A stretch of 64,000 nt of DNA, taken from Azolla caroliniana (taxonomy: Eukaryota; Plantae; Polypodiophyta). Numbering within the stretch: the stretch's first letter is position 1; every line of letters starts with the position of its first letter. Positions 63,171 through 64,000 of this stretch are shown here, one piece after another. The stretch lies in NCBI GenBank assembly GCA_043228905.1, contig JBHGNT010000017.1:5332001-5396000 (forward strand). Reading direction: 5' to 3'. Below the pieces are notes generated by a model, which was given only the letters and a program-made list of their open reading frames with translations, had not been told where the DNA came from and made no database searches. Both the position numbers and the translations under genes were made by a program.

Positions 63171-64000
63171 TGTCCGTGTGCGGAAAAAACCCTCGGCCAC
63201 AACCGAGTCTAGAATCACTTCAATGAGAATCAAACACAGAGATGGGAAGTAAGGGAGTGAATGCACGTACACACACGAACAATAGAGAGTAAACAGGATG
63301 TTTACGTGGAAAACCCTAATAGGGAAAAACAACGGGAGCCCACAAACTCCAAACTGTCACTATATAAGAAAGGTACAATCAGAGACTCGGAGGCAATGAC
63401 CTTGAGCTTTGAAACTTCGCCAAGCGGCGGTTGCAACAGAGTATCGCTCTGTATCCCTCTCTCTCTACACAACAGTTATGCACATACAACACTATGACAA
63501 CGCTCCATTGTCCACACACTAAAGTGATTGCCCTAAGTCATATTTATACTTATATGAACTTAGGGCTATTTACAAATATAGCCTCAATAGGCTTACTCAA
63601 CACATTTACAAATATGTCTTCTCTTCCAGTCCTCACCGGGTCCATTCGATCCGGTTTCCAAATCTCTTCTGGTTCTCACTAGGCCCTTTTTATTCATAAC
63701 CGGATCCCATATGGAGGGACCGATTTCCCAACAATCTCCCCCTTCACTCCGGCATGGGATGTCTCGTCAGCCCGATCCACTTTCGGCACGTGTCCAGCTT
63801 GTCGGTTGTCAACACCTTGGTCAACATATCGGACCTGTTCTCCTCCATGTGGATCTTCGTCAGCATGAACTCTTGATCTTCTACTCTCTCCTGGATCCAA
63901 TGGTACCGCCGCTGGATGTGCTTTTTCCTGGAGTGGTACTCTTTGCAAGGTGGATGGCACTTTGACTATCGCAATGGAGCCAGTGTTCCTCCTGTTGGAT
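63171..64000 (-). mobile_element. 3' LTR (63171-63733), PPT and RNase H end of another copia of the 46054 lineage; runs off the window
   Basis: ..CCCAACA at 63733 followed by ATCTCCCCCTTCAC. LTR shares CTCGGCCACAACCGAG, TTTACGTGGAAAACCCTAA and TTGCCCTAAGTC with the lineage. Minus strand encodes LHCDSQSAIHLAK..QRRYHWIQERVEDQEFMLTKIH..SDMLTKVL. Confidence 0.9.

Overview
Eukaryotic land-plant genomic DNA. A fern or other non-seed plant is plausible from the TE style and microsatellite load, but this is inference only. Most of the window is nested Ty1/copia LTR retrotransposons: three LTR-bounded insertions with TSDs, a solo LTR and several truncated copies. It also holds a long L1-type LINE split by a young copia, a TA-flanked Tc1/mariner (pogo-like) non-autonomous element and many microsatellites. 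Two host genes can be reconstructed by hand. (1) A 16-exon HAD-family cN-II-type 5'-nucleotidase (14377-23307, +, 539 aa). (2) A 2-exon, probably secreted intradiol ring-cleavage dioxygenase-like protein (29203-32027, +, 384 aa) with an intact Tyr/Tyr/His/His Fe(III) ligand set fused to a Pro/Ser/Thr-rich linker; it is a candidate microbial horizontal transfer. The other main oddity is a copia lineage whose Pol reads in frame through a first PPT-like motif into a ~245-aa extension that stays open in two strongly diverged copies. All coordinates were counted by eye and no database searches were run.
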